Sequence record: NC_054892.1
From: Escherichia phage vB_EcoS_PHB17
Length of the DNA: 48,939 nt
Direction: 5' to 3' (one strand)
Made by a program: the position numbers and the translations under genes. The notes under the pieces are model-generated. The model searched no databases and was not told the origin of the DNA. It saw only the letters and a program-made list of their open reading frames with translations. Positions 28,618 to 36,539 of the stretch are shown here, in pieces. Position 1 is the stretch's first letter, and each line of letters begins with the position of its first letter.

Positions 28618-28648
28618 AAAAAGGCTCCCTATTGGGAGCCTTTCTTTT
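28618..28648. terminator. bidirectional rho-independent terminator
   Basis: AAAGGCTCCC-TATT-GGGAGCCTTT with A and T tracts; between convergent J-like gene and minus-strand operon. Confidence 0.8.
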
Positions 28649-28973
28649 ATTCAACAATAAAGTCTTTCTGTTGATATCGTCCAGGTTGACGCGCCAGCAT
28701 GTTCATTTCCAAGCCGCCTTTAACAAACTTCATTGTTATATCGTACTTGTTTTTATCCTTAAAGCACATCACAGCAACGTTTTTCTTTACGTGGCGAGTG
28801 AAATAAAAGTGAGAGGATTCCAGAATATCAATCTTCTTGTTTTCGCAATCAAGTTTGAATCTTGTCTCACCAGTCAGAGAGAGTCGCGCAGCCGGAACGG
28901 GAAAACCGATTTGCATATTAAGAGCAAGCGCGTTTGAGGCAAAGATCATTAAAGCAAGTGCAAACCATTTCAT
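28647..28973 (-). CDS. small secreted protein with signal peptide (108 aa)
   Basis: Internal start MKWFALALMIFASNALA with perfect AAGGAG RBS; the longer track ORF extends upstream without RBS. Confidence 0.55.
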   Translation of the reverse strand: MKWFALALMIFASNALALNMQIGFPVPAARLSLTGETRFKLDCENKKIDILESSHFYFTRHVKKNVAVMCFKDKNKYDITMKFVKGGLEMNMLARQPGRYQQKDFIVE

Positions 28974-28983
28974 AATATTCTCC

Positions 28984-29634
28984 TTAGTTGTAACCCTGAA
29001 ATTTAGCCAGTGGCAAACGGAAGTTACCGCGCCCGTTAAACACTTCCGTGAATTTCTTTTGATACTTTGACACATAACCAAACTGGATTTGCGATCCCGT
29101 CCACTTAACACAAAGACCTGAATAACCAACAACAGTTCCGTCGTCCGAAAGGTTGCCAGGGCATTGATTCCAAAGGAAAAACGGATTAAAGCCAGGAGCA
29201 AGACTGTACACGTTAGCATTCAGATCGTAATTCTGAGCAATATCAACATATTTCAGAATTCGCGGCATTGTGGAGGCGCTTTTTGCTGACCATATCATTT
29301 TCCCTGTAGAGTCGAAAACATCAAGAAAGCCAGTCTCAATAGATTTGTTTCTTGTCGTCCTGATAACTCTAAAAGTTCCAGGCTTAAACATGCTTGCACC
29401 AGGGAAACACCACGCATTATTAGTGGTTAACTGAATCCAATATAGGCAATCAACGCGCTTACTCCAGTTAAAGGCGGTGAAACCCAATTCGCTTAAATTT
29501 CCGAATGGTGTGGTTTGGTTATACGCTCCAACCTCAACAATCCCAGGGGTATCAACCGCATCAAAAAGCGTATGCACCTGATCGGAGTTAATAATTGTTG
29601 AGCCGTCATTGTTTAACACTTCAAAACCAGACAT
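28984..29634 (-). CDS. hypothetical protein, possible receptor-binding / tail accessory (216 aa)
   Basis: ORF with GAGGTG RBS; convergent with the J-like gene. Confidence 0.45.
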   Translation of the reverse strand: MSGFEVLNNDGSTIINSDQVHTLFDAVDTPGIVEVGAYNQTTPFGNLSELGFTAFNWSKRVDCLYWIQLTTNNAWCFPGASMFKPGTFRVIRTTRNKSIETGFLDVFDSTGKMIWSAKSASTMPRILKYVDIAQNYDLNANVYSLAPGFNPFFLWNQCPGNLSDDGTVVGYSGLCVKWTGSQIQFGYVSKYQKKFTEVFNGRGNFRLPLAKFQGYN

Positions 29635-29643
29635 TAGATCACC

Positions 29644-29955
29644 TCAAATAAATTGATAAACCTCAATTGTTAATTTCTCCGCGTACAATGTATTTCCAGT
29701 CGGAAGGTAAATAACATCAACGCCGTTTGTTTTTGTCTTTGCATAAAACTGAATAAAACCCAATCCACCGGAGGAATCAGTTGCAGTTATCGCAGCAAAT
29801 GAATTGTTTCCGTTTATACCGTTCACGGCGAATGACGACACGTTTTGCCCTTTCGGAAATGTGATCGTGTACTTCCCGACAAATTTTACCGTGTAATCAC
29901 CGAGATCGACAATCAAGTTGCCTGACGCATCCCAGGCTTGCAAACCCGCTGGCAT
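29644..29955 (-). CDS. hypothetical protein, possible tail accessory (103 aa)
   Basis: ORF with AGGAGG RBS; first gene of the minus operon, downstream of a motif copy. Confidence 0.45.
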   Translation of the reverse strand: MPAGLQAWDASGNLIVDLGDYTVKFVGKYTITFPKGQNVSSFAVNGINGNNSFAAITATDSSGGLGFIQFYAKTKTNGVDVIYLPTGNTLYAEKLTIEVYQFI

Positions 29956-30013
29956 GTTATCGCCTCCTATCTGTTAATCAATGCCGTAACTATAACACCA
30001 AACGGCGCGGCGG

Positions 30014-30031
30014 TTTAGCAAAAAGTGCTAT
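30014..30031 (-). promoter_or_regulatory. conserved motif copy upstream of minus-strand operon
   Basis: Reverse complement ATAGCACTTTTTGCTAAA; TATAGT about 22 nt downstream on minus strand, then AGGAGG and ATG. Confidence 0.5.
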
Positions 30032-30146
30032 TTGTTTTCTTTTGTTCCAGCGTGTTCATGAATTTGCGGAGGCGTAAATTTAGCTCAAAAAATCGCCATC
30101 CAGCGAGCAATAAGCATACAGTAAATATTACTATACACATGAAAAT

Positions 30147-30200
30147 TAAGAGTTTATTTATTTATATATATCTATTTGTTTTCTTTTGTTCACAATGTTT
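30147..30200. repeat. AT-rich element, copy B
   Basis: TAAGAGTTTATTTATTTATATATATCTATTTG..TTGTTCACAATGTT; roughly 80 percent identical to copy A by eye. Confidence 0.65.
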
Positions 30201-30402
30201 CATATTCTTTTGGTTGGTTGCGGTGATTTCTATCATTGTCATGGTCACTTTACTGGTATGTGTGTCTATCTATAGGATGCGGCGTAAATCAGTGAACAAG
30301 GTAAACACAAAAACAACAAAGCCAAAATCAAGCACTTAGATTGCATTTTTGTTGTCTTCAACCATTAAAAACGCAAGGGAACAAAAAATAACAAGATATC
30401 TA

Positions 30403-30430
30403 TTGACTAAATACACAAATTGGCTAGAAT
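30403..30430 (+). promoter_or_regulatory. sigma70-like promoter TTGACT-N16-TAGAAT
   Basis: Hexamers with 16-nt spacer about 30 nt upstream of exonuclease start. Confidence 0.5.
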
Positions 30431-30458
30431 TCTGTTAAAACAACACGGAGAGCATGAA

Positions 30459-31517
30459 ATGACTGATTTTAAAGTTTTCACCAGCGCGGAATTGAGTAAC
30501 GACGAATATCACGATCCTAAAGGTTGGGCGGCGGAGTATGTAAGCGGCTCAAGCCTAGCAGAAATCCACGCAGGTTGCCCGGCTGCATGGCGATTCCGTC
30601 AACGCGAGGAAAACGCAAAGCCTCTTATTTTCGGCACGCAGTCACACACCAACTTTGAAAGCGCGGAGCTATTCGCAAAAACTTACCGCCGTGCTCCAGA
30701 TCCGGAAGATTACAAAGACCTGATCACAAGTCAGACGGCATTAGCAAGCAAGTTGAAATCATTCGGCCTGAAAGGTACGACGGGGAAAACTTATCCAGAA
30801 CTAATCAAAATGATGGTTGATTGCGGTGAAGATCTTAATGTGCTTTGGCTGATTGAAATGATCGCAGAGTCACAAGCCAGGGCCGATGGCGTGGAACTAG
30901 TAGAGGCTAAAGATTACGACGCTTGCGTTACGATGCGTAAAGTGCTGGAAAGCATACCGGAACACAACGCTTGCATGAACAGCCCAACAGCACAACGCGA
31001 GCTTTCAATTTTCGGCGTGATTAATGGCGTCAAAGTTAAAGTGCGATTGGATCACGTTGATGTGTGCAAGCACGTAACCGCAACGCTTATCACTGGTTAC
31101 GACGAAAAAGGCCAGCCGATTTGTGAGGATATCATTTATCCAGAGGCAATCGTAATCACTGACTATAAGACGACACAAAGCGCGAACCCTCTTGAGTTCC
31201 CGCGCTTGGCATTCAATCACGGCTATTACTTGAAAATGGCGTTGCAGCACGATCTATTCAAGAAAGCGTATCCAGAAGAAACGCGGCCTGTAGTTGTCAG
31301 ACTGTTGGCGCAGGAGAAGAAAGAGCCGTTTTTACCACTGGCTTTCCGCATGAGTAGCGAGCAATTGAAGATCGGGCGGTTGCAGTACATGAGCGTAATC
31401 AACACCTTTGCAGTGTGTAACGAGCATGACGTTTGGCCTTCATACGCAAACGGAGCGCCAGAGATTGAGCTTGATACGCCTGATTGGGTGCGCAAGCAAT
31501 TCAAAGGCTTTTTGTAA
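30459..31517 (+). CDS. PD-(D/E)xK family recombination exonuclease (352 aa)
   Basis: ATG 30459 after GGAGAG; ITDYKT nuclease motif; paired with Erf and SSB genes. Confidence 0.7.
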   Translation: MTDFKVFTSAELSNDEYHDPKGWAAEYVSGSSLAEIHAGCPAAWRFRQREENAKPLIFGTQSHTNFESAELFAKTYRRAPDPEDYKDLITSQTALASKLKSFGLKGTTGKTYPELIKMMVDCGEDLNVLWLIEMIAESQARADGVELVEAKDYDACVTMRKVLESIPEHNACMNSPTAQRELSIFGVINGVKVKVRLDHVDVCKHVTATLITGYDEKGQPICEDIIYPEAIVITDYKTTQSANPLEFPRLAFNHGYYLKMALQHDLFKKAYPEETRPVVVRLLAQEKKEPFLPLAFRMSSEQLKIGRLQYMSVINTFAVCNEHDVWPSYANGAPEIELDTPDWVRKQFKGFL

Positions 31518-31536
31518 ACAGCACAAATAGCTAAAC
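31518..31536 (+). promoter_or_regulatory. conserved motif variant ACAGCACAAATAGCTAAAC
   Basis: Directly after TAA stop of exonuclease; hairpin ACGGGG..CCCCGT containing TGATATAAT. Confidence 0.45.
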
Positions 31537-31591
31537 AAATGAAATACGGGGTGATATAATTCATCCCGTAAGTTAACCAGAGGAATCTAAT

Positions 31592-32245
31592 ATGAAACTG
31601 TCAGAAAAGTTTGATGAAGTATTACCAGCATTGCATAAAGCACGTAGCCAATTTGTTAAGGTCAAGAAAGATCGACAAAACAGCCACCTTAAAAACAAAT
31701 ATGCAACGCTCGATTCCGTTCTTGACGCTGTTACGCCAGCACTAACGGAAAACAAATTAATGATCATGCAGGATTCCGAGAAGGTGGATAATGCTTTACG
31801 AGTTGAAACAACCGTCATACACATTTCTGGTCAGTGGGCTAAATTTTACTTTGATATTCCAATTGTCAAAAACGACCCTCAAGGCGTAGGCTCCGCATTC
31901 ACTTACGGGCGACGCTACGCATTAGCCGCCGCGTTTGGTTTGAGCCAGGCAGACGACGACGCACAAATTGCAGTTAAAACGGCGCAGGATTGGAAAAAAG
32001 ATCTTGATAAGTGCGATAACGTTACTGACTTGCAGGATGTGTTTAAAACAGCGTACAAGGCCAGTGACGCAGCAAGCCGCGTAATCATCAAAGAGCATTA
32101 CGACACGCGCAAAGCATCGCTAGAAATTGGCACGGCGCGAGGGTTTAGCCCCGCAACACCAAAGCAAAACGTTGCTAAATCTGAAAAGGTTGAACCGGAA
32201 CCGAAAAAAGCGGTAGAATCGCAGTCAATCACCAACTTTGAATAA
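31592..32245 (+). CDS. erf: Erf-like single-strand annealing protein (217 aa)
   Basis: [14 protein letters not shown] and [12 protein letters not shown] blocks typical of Erf family. Confidence 0.75.
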   Translation: MKLSEKFDEVLPALHKARSQFVKVKKDRQNSHLKNKYATLDSVLDAVTPALTENKLMIMQDSEKVDNALRVETTVIHISGQWAKFYFDIPIVKNDPQGVGSAFTYGRRYALAAAFGLSQADDDAQIAVKTAQDWKKDLDKCDNVTDLQDVFKTAYKASDAASRVIIKEHYDTRKASLEIGTARGFSPATPKQNVAKSEKVEPEPKKAVESQSITNFE

Positions 32246-32285
32246 TTAACCAGGGGCGGAAACTCCCCGTTTAGAGGATCATGAA

Positions 32286-32705
32286 ATGCCGCATATTATT
32301 ACTGGCGAGTTACGCAAAGAGCCTTACACAAAAGAGGGGCAAAACAATTCCGGCGCATACAAAATGTACATCGTCGAACTATCAGAAAGCATCAAAGACC
32401 GCCAGACAAACGAGCGAGTTTATACCAATTACAGCGCCACATTCTTTGCATCAAGCGATGCAATGCGCGGTTGGTACGATGAGGCGTTACAGGCCGGAAA
32501 GGTGATTAGCGTTTCATCTGAGGCGCTCAAAATCAATCAGCGTGAGCATAACGGGCAAACCTATATCACGTTACAGATGGAGCAACCGCGTTTAGTGTTC
32601 AGTCAGCGCGGAGCCGGATCGCCGCATAAATCAGGCCAACAACAAAGCCAGCCGCAGCGCCAGCCGTCACCACAACAGAATTTCGACGACGATATTCCTT
32701 TCTGA
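32286..32705 (+). CDS. ssb: single-stranded DNA-binding protein (139 aa)
   Basis: Q/P-rich tail ending DDDIPF. Confidence 0.8.
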   Translation: MPHIITGELRKEPYTKEGQNNSGAYKMYIVELSESIKDRQTNERVYTNYSATFFASSDAMRGWYDEALQAGKVISVSSEALKINQREHNGQTYITLQMEQPRLVFSQRGAGSPHKSGQQQSQPQRQPSPQQNFDDDIPF

Positions 32706-32715
32706 TTGGCAGGAA

Positions 32716-32748
32716 AAAGAAAACCCCGCATTGCGGGGTTTTTTATTA
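32716..32748. terminator. bidirectional rho-independent terminator
   Basis: AAAACCCCGC-ATT-GCGGGGTTTTTT between convergent SSB and tail fiber genes. Confidence 0.8.
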
Positions 32749-34899
32749 CTTATTGACAAGTTGAGAAACAATGGCTTTTAACTCCTCAACTTCTTTCTCA
32801 AGGTTTGCGATCCTTTCCTTGTTCGCTTCGTCACGCGCACGCAATGCCTTAATCGCTGCAAGACCATCCAAAAGCATTGGCGTCTGGTCAAGGTGATAAT
32901 AATCTCCGACTTTCCAGACGTATTCTTTATCGATCTTCATAATCTGCTGACTAATGACGCCGCGACGGGCGCTACGATCAGGCGCGTCATCCTTGAATCT
33001 GAACAGCTTAAACTCCATTCGATTCACGTTATCTAACGCACCCTCAAGGTTAAGGTTACCTTTAATGTCCTTCAGGGTCTCATCTGATACAGCCGATGTT
33101 GTCACCTTAACCCAATCTCGCCACGTTGTAGACAGATCATCGCCAGCGCGTGAGTAAAGTTCGTTTGTGACCTTGTTCCAACAAAGCTGCCCGGTATAGT
33201 TACCAGAAACGCGATCAGGGCCTCGACCGAAAGAAGTTAAGATCCCGAAACCGCTAAAAGGAATTCCGTCGGCGGTTGTTGTTGCGTTAGTAAAAGTCCT
33301 AAACTCCGTATTTCTTCGGGAGTTGGCGTTCAACTGACCAGCGGCGCTAGTGAAGTAAGCAACGTTAACCATCATTTCACCGCTAATCTGAGCAAACGGA
33401 ATTCTTATTTGCCCGGCTTTGTTGCCATCCCTTCTTCTTGCAATAAGAGATGGAACAGCACCAGACTGCGGGCCGAGTTCGAACATCGCCCTTGAGAATA
33501 AATCGGTCTCCGCCCTATCGGTATTATCAATAATAAAGGCGGGATATCCACCATGTTCAGCAACAAAATCACCTCCCTTCGCCCTGACGTTGCCATCATT
33601 AATATTAAGATCGCCGCCGCCATAAATAAGAGTCCCGGCGCTAATAGTCATCTTTCCTTTAGCGATCGTCGAACTTCCTTCCGCTACGTAGATCCTTGCG
33701 TCATAGTCATTCCCAGTCCCAGATGAATGGAAGTCGATAAAAGCAGGCGTTTTTGTCGTCACGCTTCCAAGTTCAACTCCAGTATCGCCAGTGTTTTGGC
33801 TTCCTACCTGAAGGCCGCCAGTTAAAATATATTGTGAACCAGTCCAGCTATTGGAAGTATTTAATAACGGGATAGTGCCGCCAGACGTTCCGATATTATA
33901 AGTTGATGCGCTGCCAAGACCTAAATTTGTGCGTGACAATGCCTTATCAGCAACGTCTGAAAGGTTATTCTCTTTCTGCATCAACTTGCTTGTTTCGAAA
34001 GAATCCGCCAAGCGTTGAGCTCGATCAGCTTCGTTTTTCGCAGTAGTCGCAGAACCAGCGGCGGCAGTTGCAGAACCAGCGGCGGCAGTCTTAGACGCAT
34101 CAGCGGATTGCGCAGATTGCGCGGCCTGATTCTTTGACGTGTTTGCGGCTGTTTCGCTCGCCTTTGCTTTTGTCTCGCTGGTCTTAGAGTTAGTCTCGCT
34201 TGTCTTTGCGGCTGTTGCAGATGCGGCGGCGGCTGTCTGGCTTGCCCTTGCTGCATTCTCTGACGCTTTCGAGTTTGTTTCACTGGTTTTCGCGGCTGTC
34301 TGGCTTGCCTTTGCTGCATTCTCTGACGCTTTGGAGTTTGTTTCACTGGTCTTTGCGGCGGCTTGTGATGCAGCGGCGGCGATCTGGCTTGCGCTTGCTG
34401 AATCCTGGCTAACCTTCGAGGCGTCCTGGCTTTTCTTCGCTTCCGTTTGGCTTGTCTTTGCTGCAACCTCTGACGCTTTGGCGTTGGTGGCGGCTGTTTC
34501 AGCTTTGGCGGCATTTTGCTTTGTTGATTCGTCCAGCGCTTCCAGTTTTTTCCAGTCGAACGTTTTAAGGAATTCAACAAATTCCTCATACATCGTTTCT
34601 TTCCCCTGGTAGTATCGCAGCGTTTCAGCAACATCTTGTGCCAGGCCATCAACGGTGATTGAGTCATGCAGCAGGATCACATAATCAGTGCGATCAATAA
34701 CAGCACCTCCCGTAGCGGTTGCACGGATTGACGTGTCGCTAATCACTTCTGAAATTGTTGCGTATGTTGCTGGGCTTGTTGCAAACACGATTGTTGCACC
34801 TGAGCGAATCAGGGTTAACTGATCGCGCCACGATGTGTTATAGCCTGTAATGTAGCCTTGAGCGTCCATTGACGCTTGCCCCTTACGATAAATAGACAT
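32746..34899 (-). CDS. tail fiber protein with C-terminal intramolecular chaperone domain (717 aa)
   Basis: 21-aa Ala/Lys/Thr/Ser repeats, Gly-rich middle, C-terminal self-cleaving chaperone-like domain; AGGAG RBS. Confidence 0.75.
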   Translation of the reverse strand: MSIYRKGQASMDAQGYITGYNTSWRDQLTLIRSGATIVFATSPATYATISEVISDTSIRATATGGAVIDRTDYVILLHDSITVDGLAQDVAETLRYYQGKETMYEEFVEFLKTFDWKKLEALDESTKQNAAKAETAATNAKASEVAAKTSQTEAKKSQDASKVSQDSASASQIAAAASQAAAKTSETNSKASENAAKASQTAAKTSETNSKASENAARASQTAAAASATAAKTSETNSKTSETKAKASETAANTSKNQAAQSAQSADASKTAAAGSATAAAGSATTAKNEADRAQRLADSFETSKLMQKENNLSDVADKALSRTNLGLGSASTYNIGTSGGTIPLLNTSNSWTGSQYILTGGLQVGSQNTGDTGVELGSVTTKTPAFIDFHSSGTGNDYDARIYVAEGSSTIAKGKMTISAGTLIYGGGDLNINDGNVRAKGGDFVAEHGGYPAFIIDNTDRAETDLFSRAMFELGPQSGAVPSLIARRRDGNKAGQIRIPFAQISGEMMVNVAYFTSAAGQLNANSRRNTEFRTFTNATTTADGIPFSGFGILTSFGRGPDRVSGNYTGQLCWNKVTNELYSRAGDDLSTTWRDWVKVTTSAVSDETLKDIKGNLNLEGALDNVNRMEFKLFRFKDDAPDRSARRGVISQQIMKIDKEYVWKVGDYYHLDQTPMLLDGLAAIKALRARDEANKERIANLEKEVEELKAIVSQLVNK
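34140..34360. repeat. 63-bp tandem repeats (about 3.5 copies) inside tail fiber gene
   Basis: Near-identical units starting at 34231 and 34294 with diverged flanking copies; encode 21-aa repeat AAKTSETNSKASENAAKASQT. Confidence 0.75.
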
Positions 34900-34914
34900 T
34901 TGTAAATCTCCTAT

Positions 34915-34935
34915 ATAGCACGAATTGTTAATGAC
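34915..34935 (+). promoter_or_regulatory. conserved motif copy ATAGCACGAATTGTTAATGAC
   Basis: Plus-oriented copy 16 nt from start of minus-strand tail fiber gene; second partial copy at 34946-34960. Confidence 0.4.
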
Positions 34936-34962
34936 AAGGCCGATAATAGCACTATTGCGCCC

Positions 34963-34988
34963 ATAAAAAAACCCCGCCGGAGCGGGGC
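34963..34988 (-). terminator. rho-independent terminator (minus strand)
   Basis: CCCCGC-TCCG-GCGGGG plus T8 on minus strand after primase-like gene. Confidence 0.7.
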
Positions 34989-35002
34989 AAAGTCAGTGGC
35001 AA

Positions 35003-35950
35003 CTAAAGGAAAGTTTCAGGCTTATACAGCTTTCTTTCTATCCCTTGTTTGAAATTATCGTTAATCGGGATCATCACGTCAAGTTCTCTTTCTTCGGCGG
35101 CAATCAACACATCCTGATCGGTAGACTTGCACACTACGCGCATTTTTCTGTTTCCTTTATACCTGTACGCCACGATCTCAAGATTGTACTGTGAGAAACA
35201 ACACCAAACCTCTTGCCCCGTCGAAAGGTGGATATGTTGAGCATCAACCCAATCAACGCACAAATAGATCGTGTTTTCAGTTTTGCCAGTCACCGCAACT
35301 GAGCCGCGCGTGTAATCCTTCGCATAAAAACTTTGCTTGCCGTTCTCATCAATGAAAAGGATGTTACACATTTCATCATCAAGTTCATCGTCATGCACCA
35401 GGTAGCACGGTATGGCGTGAATAAGCGATTCTCCGCCATTCTCAAGCGTTTTAACGCCTACGGAATACATTTCATCACCAGGAAGTGCTATCCCTTCAAA
35501 AACGCTTAGAGGCGTCTTACTGCGTAATTCCGTGCGCTCCATTACAGAGGCGCAATTCTCATGCGGAGCCTGAGATCCGAAAGTGTAACCGGATGCACGG
35601 CTTGCACGCTTATTGGCCTTTATCCGGTACTCTTGCGGAACCTTTCCGAGAAAGCGACCCAGGATGTTAATTACTTCGCTGTATGGCTCTCCTGTTAGCT
35701 TCATCATCCAGCCCACGCCGGAATCGTTACCACAGCCGTTGCACACCGCGCCGCCGTCGCCGTCCTGACTCAATTTGTCAGTCCACCTAAAACGGTCTTT
35801 ACCTCCGCAATTAGGGCAGGGCTGGTGCTTTTTGTTGAAAACATCCGAGCTTAAACCGCATATTGACTGCAACGCATCGCGCCACAACCCTTTCATATAC
35901 GGTAAAACCTCCTCTTTCTGAAACATCATGTTTTCGTTAATGTCGCTCAT
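35003..35950 (-). CDS. DNA primase-like protein with zinc ribbon (315 aa)
   Basis: CPNCGGKDRFRW ... CNGCGN zinc-ribbon motif near N-terminus. Confidence 0.6.
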   Translation of the reverse strand: MSDINENMMFQKEEVLPYMKGLWRDALQSICGLSSDVFNKKHQPCPNCGGKDRFRWTDKLSQDGDGGAVCNGCGNDSGVGWMMKLTGEPYSEVINILGRFLGKVPQEYRIKANKRASRASGYTFGSQAPHENCASVMERTELRSKTPLSVFEGIALPGDEMYSVGVKTLENGGESLIHAIPCYLVHDDELDDEMCNILFIDENGKQSFYAKDYTRGSVAVTGKTENTIYLCVDWVDAQHIHLSTGQEVWCCFSQYNLEIVAYRYKGNRKMRVVCKSTDQDVLIAAEERELDVMIPINDNFKQGIERKLYKPETFL

Positions 35951-35959
35951 AATTCACCC

Positions 35960-36000
35960 ATAAAAAAATCGCGTAGCCGGATGATACCAGATACGCGATC
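35960..36000 (-). terminator. terminator-like hairpin (minus strand)
   Basis: ATCGCGTA..TACGCGAT stem with long loop and T7 on minus strand after HTH gene. Confidence 0.4.
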
Positions 36001-36006
36001 AGTGTT

Positions 36007-36450
36007 TTAGCTATTTGTGCTGTTTTCAAAGTCGGACGCACGAACAACGCGGAGCATTTCGCGCTTTTCACACTTGAGTGTAAGCGGTTTTCCGTTGCTA
36101 TCAAATTTCAGATCTGGGCGGCAGAATGAAGCGCGATAACCCTTGCAGCCTTGCCGCTTGTAATCTTGATGCACCTTTTGAGCGCCTTGCGCTGAAATCA
36201 TTCCGCGTTTCTTCCATTGCTGGATCGTCTGAAACGACACTTTAAGGCGGCGTGCCATTTCTGATTGAGTGCCATAATATTCTAACAGGATGTCAAGCCG
36301 CGCACGCAATCCGGCCTTTACTTCATCTTTCAGCACGTAGTAACCTGTTTTGCGGCGGCGTGGCTTTTTGTCTTTTCCGCGTCGAGTTCCGTTATTACCA
36401 TTGATTGTGCGTTTATCTACTTCACCAGTTGAAACAGCGATTCTTTTCAT
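36007..36450 (-). CDS. helix-turn-helix DNA-binding protein (147 aa)
   Basis: HTH segment QSEMARRLKVSFQTIQQWKKRG; basic N-terminal region; start at MKRIAVS. Confidence 0.6.
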   Translation of the reverse strand: MKRIAVSTGEVDKRTINGNNGTRRGKDKKPRRRKTGYYVLKDEVKAGLRARLDILLEYYGTQSEMARRLKVSFQTIQQWKKRGMISAQGAQKVHQDYKRQGCKGYRASFCRPDLKFDSNGKPLTLKCEKREMLRVVRASDFENSTNS

Positions 36451-36463
36451 AGTAAATTCCCCA

Positions 36464-36483
36464 ATAGCACTTTTTGTTAAAAT
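36464..36483 (+). promoter_or_regulatory. conserved motif copy ATAGCACTTTTTGTTAAAAT
   Basis: In divergent region between HTH gene and helicase; TGTAGTATAGC downstream. Confidence 0.5.
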
Positions 36484-36539
36484 CACTTATGTTTAGGCTT
36501 GTAGTATAGCGTCAAACGAAACAACGTTAAAGGTTTAAA

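Noticed and set aside
30025-30339. 104-aa ORF in the AT-rich island
   Set aside because: Extremely AT-rich, low-complexity translation (poly-F/I/Y), no RBS, sits in a divergent promoter region; most likely not coding.
34139-34612. 157-aa plus-strand ORF inside tail fiber gene
   Set aside because: Antisense reading of the 63-bp tandem repeat region; low-complexity translation.
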